Shown here piece by piece: positions 28,480 to 41,510 of a stretch of 64,000 bases of DNA. How positions within the stretch are numbered: the first letter of the stretch is position 1; each line of letters begins with the position of its first letter. The notes under the pieces are model-generated. The model worked only from the letters and a program-made list of their open reading frames with translations, did no database searches and had not been told where the DNA came from. Source of the stretch: Epiperipatus broadwayi (lineage: Eukaryota; Animalia; Onychophora); assembly GCA_028023455.1 (NCBI GenBank), contig JAQFVV010000002.1, positions 7,316,001 to 7,380,000 on the forward strand. Direction: 5' to 3'. The position numbers and the translations under genes are program-made.

Positions 28480-29560
28480 TGATTTTACTGTTTTAAATGA
28501 TCACCGCTCGCAGATATTAAGATTCATCAGCACTCACAAATATTAAGCAAGAGCTTGCAAAATGTTAAGAAAGCTAAAATTATGTTGTGCCCATGAGTTT
28601 TGATCACCATCATCATTAAATAAATTATAATCAGTAAATCTAATGTTTAACATAATTAATATATTTAGTAAATAGGGGTGTATAGAAAGTTGAATATCAT
28701 GTGGAGAGAGGCATGATGATCAGTCATCATCACTAGTATTATTGAATCCTCGTTTTAACTATAAAAGTATTTTAGTAAACAACTATAAACTTATATAAAT
28801 GCTAGTGAATGTAATATTTAAATCCCATTTTAACATAGGAAGATTTAAAAAAAAAGTGCCTATGAGTTTATAAAGATAAATTTATTGTTGTGAGTCCATT
28901 ATAAAGCTATGGCTGGTATCATCATCATCACTATTATTATCATCATCATTATCATCTTTATATTATGATAAATAATTAAGTTAAGTAACTAGTTTTATGG
29001 CCATCCATATCAGTAATGGTCTTCACGATGCTTGTTTGGAAGCCATTAATAAGAGTATAATTAAATTGTCTGTTCATCATTATACGTCAGCTGAGCTAGT
29101 AATATCTATAAGAGTCTTTGATATATATATAAATTTTGGTGATATGGGGATCTTATGATTTTATTGACATGAGTAAAATATAAGTGTCATTTTTTTTCAT
29201 TAGTCATTCAAGTCATGTGTGATAAAAATGTACCGAATGAGTTTGAACTCAGTACACTCTAAACAGATATTTATCTAGATTTAAAACAATCTAGTGGTGT
29301 TCGTGGAAAAACACATGTACTTAGCTAAACTGAATAAAGAGTGATTTAATCCCTTTCCAACTTCATCATATTAACTTTATATGATATTTTTTTATATAAG
29401 TTGTTATAAACAGCACCAGTGTGTGCGTGTGACCATGAATGGTCGTATATACATGGAAAGAGGAATGAGAAGGATTCTCAGTTAAAAGAACCTAGTATTG
29501 GAGTTAAGCATAAGGCACTCCAGGAATCTCACAGTGGGTAATTTTATTCAGTTGCTATAT
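28480..29560 (+). pseudogene. Decayed hAT transposase fragment
   Basis: LCCAHEF (CxxH-like motif) near 28580; KLL*TAPVCACDHEWSYIHGKRNEK at 29398-29470 resembles the hATC dimerisation motif (P.S.A.CER.WS...IH.K.RN); in-frame TAA stops upstream. Confidence 0.5.
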
Positions 29561-31239
29561 TTAATATTATTTTATTTGATGACAATGGCTAGTAGATTTT
29601 AGTGGTCAAATGACTTCCCAATATCGAAATATTTTAAATCTTTAATGATGATATTTTAATTGTCATGTTGTTATTTTCAGTATTGAGAAATGAGATAATT
29701 TATTTATTTCATTATTAGCGTGAGAGAATTAATGTTTAGGATAGTTGCAAATGGGCTATAATGTTATATTTAATTAATTAGAAATAGACACCCAAATAGA
29801 GCATGATATGCATATGTTCTGATTTATATGTTAGCATCATCCTTATTTACTTATAAATTGTATTTTAACTAACACAGTGAATTCATTTCTCATTTAATTT
29901 TACTTGGTTACAAATGATGAACCGCTAGAGCATATCATATATCTTGTTTAATGTTTAGTTATTGAATTATAGCAACTATCATTTTATCACTCAGCTATAT
30001 ATTTATAATTGGATACAAAATAGCAGCCTTTTTCATCATTACATTAATTTGTATGCTGTTACAAAGTTTTTTTACTGTTACAAATGACAGATTATAAGCA
30101 TATATCATAATAATTAATAATTCTATGTATATTTTTATTTCTGTTACAAATGGTTTTCTATCTATTTATTATTTTCTGTTTCAATATATATAATGTATTT
30201 CAAGTTTGAGCTTGAAATTTTAGGCTCGGCAATGGTCATAATAAGTTTAAGTAAAGAAGTATTCCTCTCATATTCAAATAAAAATATATTTATATTCAGA
30301 ATGTATTTCTAATAATGAAGTGATTTGAAAATTAAAACATTTTTATTTACATATAAATTTTATTTAATTATCTTAGGGTCACAATGGAGAACTTTTGTGT
30401 TTCGCACAACCTGAACACCTACATGTGCTAGCCCTGAAAGCTGTGTGGTATATATATATATATATACTAGGAATTCTCTAAGCAACCTATTGTGAGGCTT
30501 AAATGTTTCATACTGGAATAATCCTCAGTCACATATGTTTTATTCACAGAAAAAAAAATTTCTTCTCTAGTTTACAGTTTATTTAATGTATATTACTGCA
30601 TATATTTTTTTCTGGTTCATCATCATATTTTTTCAGCTGCATTTTGAGTTGGAACTTTTTAAAAATAGATTTGAAGTGCAAAATACTGGATTTAAGACAG
30701 ACTTCCAACAGTTAATGGTTTTTCTACTTTTTAACCATTAAACATAATGTCCAGCTTCAAAGAACATTACTAAAGTAGAGAAGTAATAGTTTAGAACTAA
30801 TAGAGTTTTTAAAGAAACTTATACTTAAATATCTGGTTTATCTCTTTGTTTTTTATAACCTTAGATAATTTTATTACAATCAATTAAAAAATATGTACTT
30901 AATCACATTCTTATCTTGGAATAAGAACTATATTAAAGCTATCTAATTATGATATTTTTTATTCTATTGTATCCAAATATAAAAATGCAACTTTAAAATT
31001 AAATGAAAAAAAAAAGTTTTTATTTCTTATTTTTTAAAGTTCTATTTATTTGTATATCTATCTTAATTACATTGGTTTGTAAAGTAAAGTACATACCAAT
31101 ATAAATTCCTTCATACATTCTTTTAAGTATATTTGTAATTGTAAATCATTAATTTTATTAATTTTTATTCTGTTAGAATTTTTTTAAAATTTAAAACATT
31201 CATATTTTATTAATAAAACCTATTTTTAAATATTATTTT

Positions 31240-31360
31240 TATAACCCCATTGATAAAAAATTACAATGCTATTTTTTTATTATCCACCTCACAATAACTG
31301 TCATCAATTCTCCCTCTTATATGGATGATTATGAAATATATAACATTATCTATTTCAGAT
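31240..31360. repeat. Short dispersed repeat, also at 42062-42195
   Basis: Shared AATTACAA...TATTTTTT(T)ATTATC ... TCACAA.TACTGT ... TCTCCCTC ... ATTATCTATTTCA. Confidence 0.55.
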
Positions 31361-31449
31361 TCTATGACTTAAAACAACAAAAAATGACTGAACTTATATT
31401 TATCTATCTCCATTTCATATGATTTTAGTCCCATTATATAAATCTTTTA

Positions 31450-32230
31450 TATTACCTCTCAGCAACAAAACATTGCTCTATTGTTTATTTGTCGCTTCTG
31501 CCAAGTTGTTTTACTCTAATTTGACATTGATATTTATCTGCTGTTTCTTTTCTTTGTAGTGACTGGAAAGATTTACCTCTCTACATTGATAGTACAAATG
31601 TTATATGGTGAGATTCAGGATGGTTTGTCTTCTCCTCTAGCTCTAGAATTTCTATGATTATGATATCTAGAAATTTTTCCATTTTTTAATATCTAACCAA
31701 TTATTGGACAGCATAATCTGTTGATTGTTGATATGTGTATTTTATAATGTGAATGATACATCTTCCTGACATGATAAAAACAATATGAATCTTTAATTTT
31801 GTTATCTGCCTCAGAAAGAATTATGATAAACTTCCTCCTGTGTCTGTCTTATAGTCTCCTGTAACACTTGCTGCAACAAATTGTCTTGCTGATCTTCACT
31901 CTATATTCACTCCAAAAACTTTAGAGTTTTGCATATTTATATTTATTATAATTACTTGGGTGATGGTATCTGAAGTTCTATCAGTCTTTGGCTGGATTAC
32001 CCAAGTAGTTTAGTTATAATAATTTTTCTTTAAATTATAAATAGCTGTGAGAGTCCATGAAACTATTCCAAAGGCTTTTTACATAACACTCCCTTGAAGG
32101 TTTCACTCTCACTAACATGGATAAAAAACTATTGTCCATGTTTTGTAGGTATAACACTGTTTGCTTATCCAGTACACTCCTCTTGAGCTCCATTGGTTTG
32201 CTATCTTTGAAGTATTGACTTACTATATCT
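31450..32230 (-). pseudogene. Decayed RTE-type APE endonuclease fragment
   Basis: Minus-strand remnants LLQQV..T..QEEVYHN (IIQVYAPT..EE.FY position), IVFIMSG (IIMGD position) and KPS*ISP (KWTW.SP position) in the expected order with frameshifts. Confidence 0.45.
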
Positions 32231-32272
32231 ACTACGAATAATATTGTTATTGATTTATCTTTATATTAAGCC

Positions 32273-32639
32273 AGGCAAAACTCTCTATACATATTTTCAC
32301 TCAGTGCAAGCCAGAATAATCAATGGATGCCAGAAGGCTTGTGCATACAATCCCCATTTTAACTCTCACAGTTTTGTAGTTATGTAGAGATAAAAGGTGT
32401 CTGCTGGAGGGTTGCATTAGATCAGAAGATCTAGGTGCAGTGCTCTCAGATCCATGACTCCAAACTGGTCTGGGGATATTGGATGAGTAGGTACTAGATA
32501 GGGATTTTATGCACAAGCTTTCTGGCATCCATTGGTTATTTTGGCTTACCCTGAGTGACAATACATATAGAGAGTTTTGTCTGTTTTAATAACAGTTAAA
32601 AGAAATCATAAGAAATAGTGATCATGTGATGTTTATTGG
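32273..32639. mobile_element. Family B copy: inverted 5' tail plus forward monomer with the HHR core deleted
   Basis: 32273-32348 is the inverted tail; 32360-32630 matches 23040-23290 plus tail; the core region reads CATGACTCCAAACTGGTCTGGGG; CTTTATATTAA(A)GCC flanks at 32259-32272 and 32640-32654. Confidence 0.8.
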
Positions 32640-34213
32640 CTTTATATTAAAGCCATGTTCAATTTCAAGTTTCATTTCCAGTCTCCTTCTTTTAGGTTTT
32701 GTGCACAATGTATGTACATATGTGGAAATCTCATGCCTGCATTTTTTCTGCCTCCAAATGTCAGATGTAGATTTTACAATTTGTGTATTCAAAATTGTTA
32801 TGTCACTTGAATCTATACATTAATCACAGCTCTAACTTCTATTTTGTGCTGATCCATTTGTCTCATTTTTTTAATTGCTCTGTTAATGATCCCTCTTGTA
32901 AATTAGCCTAATTTTTTCTGTAGTCTCAGTCAACATTTATAGTTTCCTTTTTACAATTTCAGGTATTTCATTCACTAGTTTTGTTTGCCCTATTTTAATT
33001 TCTTAGAGTCAAGATATCTCATTCTCTAATTCTTAGCTTTTGATTAGCATGCCTCCCATTATTCCCTCTTTACCTTCTACTTGGATTTATTTACTTTTTT
33101 TTTTTTAATAGGTCAACATGTTTTTCAACCTTTAGGATCTTTTTATTTCATCACTTTTTGTTTTCATCTAAGTTTTCATTAGACTGTTCAAATCACAAGT
33201 TTGTTTGTTTTTTGTGCATCTTACATATTTGGTGTCAGCTGCACTTTTGATTTTGTCTGTCTTTTATTTTTTTCCATCCTCTGATTTAATAATTTTATTT
33301 ATTTTATCGATTTTCTATTTTGGAATCTAATTTTTTTATTTATTTTTGCCCATTTTTATATATATATATATATAATTGCTTTAGTAAATTTCTGATTACT
33401 TGCACAGCATCTATCATGCTAATGCTACCAACTTCTCTTCAGACATATTTACATCATCACCATTAGTTTTTTGCTTCACTTGCTTAAATTCTTCTTTGTC
33501 TCAATCTCACTGTCTATTTCAGCATTCTCCATATCATCTTATTTCTTTAGGTTATCCTCTTTATAACTTCTTTCTAAGCACTCTTCGGCAATTAATTTTT
33601 GATCTCCATTTATCTCTTTCATTCTGTGTTATTTGTTTTGTAGATTTTCTTTGATTCCCAGTTCTTTCTCTCTGTGTGTATGTTAAAACTGGAAGCATTA
33701 AAGGAGACAAATAAACAAACAAATAGAAAATGGATTGAGAAGGCAATTATGAATTGTCCAATAATAGAAGAGTGTAAGTTTTCTTTAAAGACTGAGTGTG
33801 GACTATAAATACCTATTAGCTAATTAGCCTGGTCATCTTTTGGCATTAACATGTATTCAGAAGCATAGGACTTAAAACCTGCAGTGATTACCCAGTAGAA
33901 TACTTGATTAAGATGAATAAAAGGGGTGTAGATTCTGCCCTAATCGCCATTATTATTTCTGTATGCCTTAGGGCTCTATTAGTAGCTAATTAATATTATA
34001 CTAAATGTTTCACTTATAATCTAATGTATTATATTTATATCAAATTGTCATATATATATATGAAAAACAAAAACAAGTTATAATCACGTAACTTGATATC
34101 GCTTGTATTTTTGATCAATAGATGATATTTTACCAAAATTACCGAACAAAGCGTATATTTGTTTACATAAACAACAAAAGAGTCAGAATTCACTATCTCT
34201 TTCTTTTGCCCAC

Positions 34214-34258
34214 CTTCAGATCAGCTGATTTCAAGCAAATTTGCCATCATCAGTGAAG
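34214..34258 (-). ncRNA. Type I hammerhead ribozyme motif, family D
   Basis: Minus strand CTTCA-CTGATGA-TGGC-AAATTT-GCTT-GAAA-TCAGCTGA-TC-TGAAG: 5-bp stem I, palindromic stem III TCAGCTGA, AUC triplet; stem II closing pair is non-canonical. Confidence 0.7.
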
Positions 34259-34273
34259 TTTCTAGCTCTATCC

Positions 34274-34314
34274 TTCACTGATGATGGCATTAGCTTGAAA
34301 TCAGTTGATCTGAG
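34274..34314 (+). ncRNA. Type I hammerhead ribozyme motif, family D
   Basis: TTCA-CTGATGA(34278-34284)-TGGC-ATTA-GCTT-GAAA(34297-34300)-TCAGTTGA-TC-TGAG. Confidence 0.65.
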
Positions 34315-35830
34315 AGTGGGCAAAAGAAAGAGATAGTGAATTCTGACTCTTTTGTCGTATAAGTAAACAAATATATGCTTTGTTCGGTGGTTTTGGTAAA
34401 ATGCTATCTATTGACCATATATATATATTGTAGCCCTTGGATTTGTCCAAGACTCCAGTTTTGGAGTTAAATATGCAAAATAGGGTTCAATAAAAATTTT
34501 CCTCATAATGTATGCATTTTTTTTCTCTTTAATAAGAAGATTTTAGCAAAGACTAAGTTTGAACCCATATTTAAAGGGATTGCATATGTTTGACTTAGTA
34601 AGCAATCTAAAAATTTATTATTAAGATGTTTCTATCCAAAAGATTATTTTAGTTTTATTTATGGGTCAAGTTAATATTAAAAACATATTTAGAAAAGCAA
34701 AATTTATACATTTGTTGATAGGTTGACTGAGAAAAGGGAAGAGATGTGTGACTCTTAAAACTGTGTTAAAGAGAGAAAATGAATGGACATTATTTTATAT
34801 TAAGTGAGAAATAAATAGTTCATGAAAGTAAATAAAAATAATAATAATATAGGTATAATAGTTGTAATAAATAAAGATTAAGGCATTAAATCGGTCAGTT
34901 AAAGAAATATATATATGCAACGTGCGTATGTGTATATAATCTAATTGTGGATCTCAATTGTAAAATTCATAATTAATAATCATTCCTTGCATGTTGTAAA
35001 GCAATCTTTAAATAAGAAATTAAATCATTTTAATAAGTTTAATATTAGCAGCCAAATTTAATTCAAAGTCTGAGTTTGAAATTGAGCTACAAAATATATA
35101 TTTTGTTTCATTATTTAATGGAAAAAGTAAGAAAGCTTTTTATGTTATTTACTTTTAGTGTAGGTTTCAAGTGTTATATTACTTAGTCAATTATCAAGGC
35201 ATTTAAATAATATAAATCTCACTAAAGAGTTTAAATGGACCATTAATGATGATAGTCTGTGAAATGTCAAAAATTAATTGGCAATTATAGCTGTTGAATT
35301 GTAAAATTAATTGTGGTCATCTGTTTAAAATACAGATGTGAAGTGGGACTGGTTTTCTGAAAGAGCAAAAAGGTTAAAAATTAAACTAGAGAAAAAGGAA
35401 CAAGTCAATTAATTATAAAGAGAATGGCCAGGTGGCATTTCTCTATAAAAACTCTGTATTAGCAGAGAGGAAGAGTTTTTTTATATTTGAAACTTTCTTT
35501 TTACAAGTTTTCTTTCATTGACTTAAAGAAAACTGGGCTATAAAATTTAAAAATCATTTATTGTTACTTTTTTGTCTCTTCAGAATAACTTGGCTAAATC
35601 TAACATTGTCTTAAGAAAAGACAATGTGTAGTGAATAAATTTTAAATTGGCACACATTTTTTAATCTCCAGAAGTTAACCAGTAATCATAATTGTATCAG
35701 CAAATAGTAAAATTTAAAACTCAGAAGTTTGATGTATATGTAAGTCAATTTAAATATATAAAATGAATTCAAAGATGAAAAAGGACAATCAAAAACAGAC
35801 TTATATTATGAAAAAGTTAAATGAAGGCTG

Positions 35831-35915
35831 TTTAACTGAAATCTGCATAAAATTAAAAAGTTTAACTATAACCTGCATAAAATTAAAAAGTTTAACTGTA
35901 ACCTGCATAGAATTG
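35831..35915. repeat. 30-bp tandem repeat x3
   Basis: TTTAACT(G/A)(A/T)AA(T/C)CTGCATAAAATTAAAAAG repeated; this explains the repeated peptide in ORF 35763-36095. Confidence 0.8.
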
Positions 35916-36599
35916 GAAATGTGGAATGCGGTTCTGCAAAATAAAAATTGTATATATGATGGCAGAAGAACCAAACTCTATCAAAAGAACCTTTTGCTAC
36001 AAAGGCTTATGTGCTCTTATAAACCAATTAAAAAGGAAAGGAAAAAGAAGAAATGGAAACCTGGATCTTGGAGGACACTTGCTAAAGAACTTTAAATAAG
36101 TATAATTTTTCTTTATTCACTCTTTATGTGTGTAGGACATTTAATATATATAAAAAGGAAAAAAAAAGAATTTCTTTCTTTGTATTGTATCATGTATATC
36201 ATCTATTTTAAAATAATTCATGTTATAATTACCATTGTATTATTTTGGGGGTAGAGATTGATATCAGATGATTTTATATATGTTTATTTAAATGCTTTTG
36301 CCATTATTGTTATTTTGGGGGTAGGTGAAATTTATATCATGTCGTTCTGATATGCCTTATTTAAAATGCTTTACAAACAATTTTTAAAAAAAAAAACACT
36401 TAGAGATATTATTATTAGCATCAGAAGTTATTGTCAAATGCTTAGACTTATAAGCGTGTCTATTGAGCTAAAACATCATCATTTTCTTATAAAAGTGCAT
36501 GGAAATAGTTTTGAGAATTTTATACGCATTTCTTATTATTTATTATTATTGTTATCATAGATTTAAGGCCAGAAACAAGCTGATTTATGCTTGGAAAAT

Positions 36600-38900
36600 T
36601 TATGGGCTCATATTCCAGTGCACTAATTTGCAAGAATATTAAAGTTGTGAAAGTTTTACTTGTATAATTTGATGTTTCAACCTGTATGTGTGTGGATAGA
36701 CAAAGATCTCCACAAAGCCAGTGAAGTCTAGCTCACTAAGATATGTATGCTATATTCATAAAGTATTTGAACCTAGTGGAAGAGTTTTCCCACTTGAGTA
36801 TTCTCTACACCATAAGAAGGTTTCTTATTTTGATGGCCAGAGGTAATTGGTATACCTATGTTTTTGTATGACTAGCGATAAGATATCCTAGCATATCTCA
36901 ACCTTAGTGAAAAGGTTCTCTCTTATTCGGGTCACTGCCTGCCTCATATTAATGTTTGATATTCCTTACAGGTGTATGAGAGATAGCCATGATAAGCATT
37001 ATTATAAGTATCGATACCAGGTCGCAAACTCAATTTAATGTCAGAATGAATGCAGATAATGTATGTGCGATTGGTGTATTTGAATATTGTTTTGTAGATT
37101 TAATTTGTCATTCGAGCCAAAAATGATAAAGTTGATAAAGGTGAAATTAAGGGTTAAATAAAACTTACGAATGTTTAAGCGTAGGCATAAGCAATGCGTA
37201 TATAAATTTATTTAATAAATATTTACATCGCCAGCTGAGAACTTTGCTGGAAAGGTAATATTGTTAAAATATTATTATGTCATAAGAACATGAGCATAGA
37301 GTGTGTGCACTATGATGATGAGTGATATAGATGCCGATTTATTTGCAATGACTTAGTCTCACTATTTTTAAGATATCTCTGTTGTAAAGATTAGGGCAAA
37401 AGAATGTTTGATCAGGATGATAGGATAAGATCAAGAAATTTGCGAGGGAATATTAATTTTAGATTCGTTAAATAAAATTATTAAATTTAATTAGGGGAGA
37501 AATTAGTTCTAACACAAATCAGTAATAAAAGAGAAAGCATTGAAAACGGGAAGAAATTGGTATTCACTATATTTAAGATAAAATGAAAGCGTAAATATAA
37601 TGTATATGTTTTTGTATTGAATTATAGTTTGTCAAATAAAATTTGTTATTTGTTTTAAATAAAATTTGCGTATGTCTTAATGTTTTTGTGGGTTATTATT
37701 ATCTAGATATTTCCAATCCAATCATACATCAATATATTATTATTAATATTTGAATTATCATGTACGTAACTAATATTCAGTAAGATTATTTAAAAGGTTA
37801 ATTTCAGATACTTAAAATTACCAAATAATTTAATATTATTGAAGTATAAACTGTGAATAGAGATAGTTATTGAGTGATAGCGAGTGCAGTGGGGTGGGCA
37901 TAAAATCCTTTCCCCATCCGTTGTATTCAAACCCCTCTCTAGACGCACTTCTTTATAATTTTGTTATAATAGTGAATAGGTTTATAATGTATTACTAAAA
38001 GATTTTAATAAGCTTAAAATATTCGAGCTTTAATGTAAATAAATATTAAACTGCATTAAAGACAACCGAGATCACCTTGGAGGTGATCAAGAGAGGAGTG
38101 TTTATCACCAATAATCTATCGCAGCTTATTCGATTTCCACACCTAATTATTCGAAAAACCCTGAGAAGAGATTATAATGAGAGAAATGAGCTAGTAAAAA
38201 AAAAATGTAAATTTTAATAGTCAAATAAATAATAGTGTAATAGACATATGGATGTGAAGTTGATGGAGGGGTGGATCAGGAAGGTGGAGATGAATATAGA
38301 ACTTTATAATTAGAATAAAATTTAATTGTAGCTTTAATCATAGTGAATGGGGAATGCGCTGAAAATAACCTGGAATTCTTAAAGATATTAATATTGTCAA
38401 TTTTAATGCATTCTCAGTGTTCTCTAAATCGATTATGTATTAACCCATTCATGAAATATTATTACTAAGAGTATTGAATTGAGATTTAACCTTTATATTT
38501 TATTAGAGTTGCAATTTGGCGCCATGGCAATTAAAATTATAGATGTTCTGTACCATCATCATCATCCCAGTAGGCTTCAGAAATAGTGTCAGCTGGGAAT
38601 GGTGAAGCATCCATCGATCCATCCTTAAAATGTTATAATTGGCATGCAATTTAGCTGCAAGTGTTTAAATGCCATAGAGATTTAAATATTGTATAATCAA
38701 TCCATAACTTGGATGTGCGACCATTTGAATAAAATTCTCATTGGTTAGAGTAAAGTTATAATTAGCTCAAACTATCCAATAATATATGTGATATTTGTAA
38801 GCTCTCCCAATCGTTTAGTTCTTTGAAATACAATGTAGACCGATCGAGAGATTGCAAAATGCGTTTTATGTTAATTTAATAACATTAACAGAATAAAGAA
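36600..38900 (-). pseudogene. Decayed non-LTR retrotransposon (LINE) ORF2 with RT remnants
   Basis: Minus strand, in order: IITHKNIK (G.D.IT..LK), KLIFPRKFLDLILSS*SN, FPAKFSAGDVNIY at 37216-37252 (FADD..IY position), NNIQIHQSHIHYL (YLG position). Confidence 0.6.
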
Positions 38901-39496
38901 TAACTTTTCATTTGTTAGAATTGATTTTTATTTAGTTACAATTGGCTTGTAACGCGGTCGCACGAAATAAATTATATTTAATGTATACGTATGAAATATA
39001 TTAATCTATACATTGCACTTGAGAAATTATTTAATCTATACATTACATGTTTAATTGATTCTGAAGAAATGCATCTTTCGTTAATTTATATTTTAGAAAA
39101 TTTTCATCTTTCAAAAACCAATATTAAGGAAAATATCTTTTAGTGGACACCTATTAAAAATTTCAACCCCCTAGCCAAAATCTATTCATTTAGTAAAATT
39201 TAATTTTGTTAGAATATATATATATAAGTATATAAATACTAATAAGAAAATAACTAAATGAACAATATGTTCAATTAGGAAAACACAAAAATATTGGATG
39301 GAGAAGAAAAGATACAAAGAAGAAAATTTAAAGTAGCTGCTCACATGGCAATGGCAAAAAAATCCCATAAGCCAATCCAGTGTGACTATATATAATGTAT
39401 GGATACCACTAATCAACTTTACTCTTAGGAAAAAGTGGAGAAATCAGGAGGAACCTCACAGATAAGTATATGAAATTACTATAGACTGTTGCCTGT

Positions 39497-39650
39497 GGCA
39501 GGATGGCTTGGTTAGTTAGAGCATTACCTTAAAATTCAAAATTCAAGAATCTAATGATCCAGGTTCGAATCCCATGCTAGTGCTGACACTGGTCAGGCCA
39601 GTAACATCTGAAGAAGATGGGAAACTAATATCTCTCAAAACATTTGGAAT
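39497..39650 (+). mobile_element. tRNA-derived SINE head followed by an HHR-like relic
   Basis: A-box-like TGGCTTGGTTAG (39504-39515), B box GGTTCGAATCCC (39562-39573), then CTGAAGA-A-GATGGGA-AACTAATA-TCTCTC-AAAACATT (39608-39644). Confidence 0.6.
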
Positions 39651-39787
39651 ATTTAAGTAAAGTTAAATTTTTCTAAAGACATTCAATACATATATTAATT
39701 AGATGATGGAAATAGTCAAAATATAAAAATAAAACTAGAACACCATCATCACAAGCCTTTAGGGAAACACTAACTAAACATGTTTGT

Positions 39788-40456
39788 AAATAAATCAATT
39801 ATTTTATGTAGTGCAATGTTTTTAAACTGTAATAGTTAAACAGCATTAAGCTGTTGCACATGCGCTTTGCAGATTTTAACTATAAATGACTGAATACTAA
39901 CACTTCAAACACATGATAAAGTCTTTAGGAAAAGATAGAATGACCATCTATCTTTTCGAACCCAAACGCTTTTGTATGGGCAAATCTTAAGTGTCTGAAA
40001 GTGAAAGCATGAAGATATTAAATAATCACTTTAAATTACTTTTACATGCTTGAATGAATGACATGTGAAAATTACTAGAATTTACGATTCGTCATTCTTA
40101 TTTGAAATTAAATGTATGTAAATAAATCAATTATTTTATATAGTGCGATGTTTTATAAACTATATAAAATAATTGATTTATTTACATACATTTAATTTCA
40201 AATAAGAATGACATATCGTAAATTCTAGTAATTTTCACCAGTGTCATTCATTCAAGCATGTAAAAGTAATTTAAATTGATTATTTAATATCTTCACGCTT
40301 TCACTTTCAGACACTTAAGATTTGCCCATACAAAAGTGTTTGGGTTCAAAAAGATAGATGGCCATTCTATCTTTTCCCAAAGACTTTATCATGTGTTTGA
40401 AGTGTTAGTATTCAGTCATTTATAGTTAAAATCTGCAAAGCGCATGTCCAACAGCT
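39788..40456. mobile_element. Inverted-dimer element (monomer about 335 bp) with 13-bp TSD
   Basis: 39847-40135 is inverted at 40168-40458; 39788-39830 is repeated directly near 40120; TAAACATGTTTGT flanks at 39775-39787 and 40457-40469. Confidence 0.85.
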
Positions 40457-41319
40457 TAAACATGTTTGTTAACTTCATTTTTATTGTGCTAGATTAATAA
40501 TCAATACATAGCACAACAAGATGCAGTCAGATAGGCAATTGAAAAAAGCTAACGTGGTACAGTCAGACAGATTAATAATTGATATATAGCAGACTAAATT
40601 TATTATATCACTAATATTTATCTGTATTTTATCATTAACTGCTTTACATTATTTCTGCCCTCATCTGCCCTGCTCTGTTTACTATCATAAAATATTGTAA
40701 AAAGAACTTATCTGATCATTTCTATGTCATTCATCCATCTCAGACAATTGGTCATTTATTGCTAAAATTTCTGCAAGCAATGTACTATGTTAAATTTAAT
40801 CATGGCTCCATTTTTGGAGTCTTAAAAAATTACATGAAAAAATGTTTAGTATGTATTGATCAAAATGAATTATTGATAAGAATATAAGATAACAATAATT
40901 TGTATTAACTAATATACATGTTAATAATGTAGTAAGTATAAAAATACTAAATAATAATATATTCATCTTTGAAAGTGAGTTCTTGATCATTATCAATCCC
41001 TGCGTGACACTTGGCCCAATTATGTATCAATCACCTAAGTTACTTTAGATGAAATGGAATATTCAGACCTGAGAATTTTTATATAAAATAATTGAAACTG
41101 CTTAATATTTACTTAACGATGATTTAATATTTCTTAGCATAAATTTTTTCTTAAGCTTATTTTGAGGCTTTATAGTTTCAAAGACCTGTACATATATTGA
41201 CTTTTATTATTATTTCCCCCCAAAATAAAGTTGAAATTCCATATATAAACTTCCTTGACAGAATTACTTTTTTCTCCCCTTTGGCTTATTTTGTTTAATG
41301 CAAATTAAAGCATAAATAC

Positions 41320-41510
41320 TTACTGACTCATTGTCATGTTTTTTCAGTAGCATTGAGTGTTGGAACTTCTTCAATATAGCATTTCATGTTGACAAATATT
41401 GGATCCAAGATAGTCTTCAGGCAGTTAATGACTTTCCAACTTCTTAGTCATTGAACACAATATCCAGGTTCAAGAGCAGTGGTAAAGTAGAATGCCAAAA
41501 GGTCTAGAAT
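41320..41510 (-). pseudogene. Possible hAT transposase fragment
   Basis: Minus frame LLAFYFTTALEPGYCVQ*LRSWKVINCLKTILDPIF; KTILDPIF resembles the hAT A..LDPRFK motif; three TGA stops. Confidence 0.3.

Larger units (their letters stand above)
34112..34417. mobile_element. Family D fold-back element made of two head-to-head HHR-bearing arms
   Basis: Arms of about 145 bp pair almost completely around a short central spacer (about 34259-34272). Confidence 0.85.

Noticed and set aside
29414-29537. Apparent 124-nt plus-strand host exon (PVCACDHEWSYIHGKRNEK...)
   Set aside because: The same frame continues upstream through TAA stops and fits the hAT C-terminal motif, so it is better explained as transposase debris.
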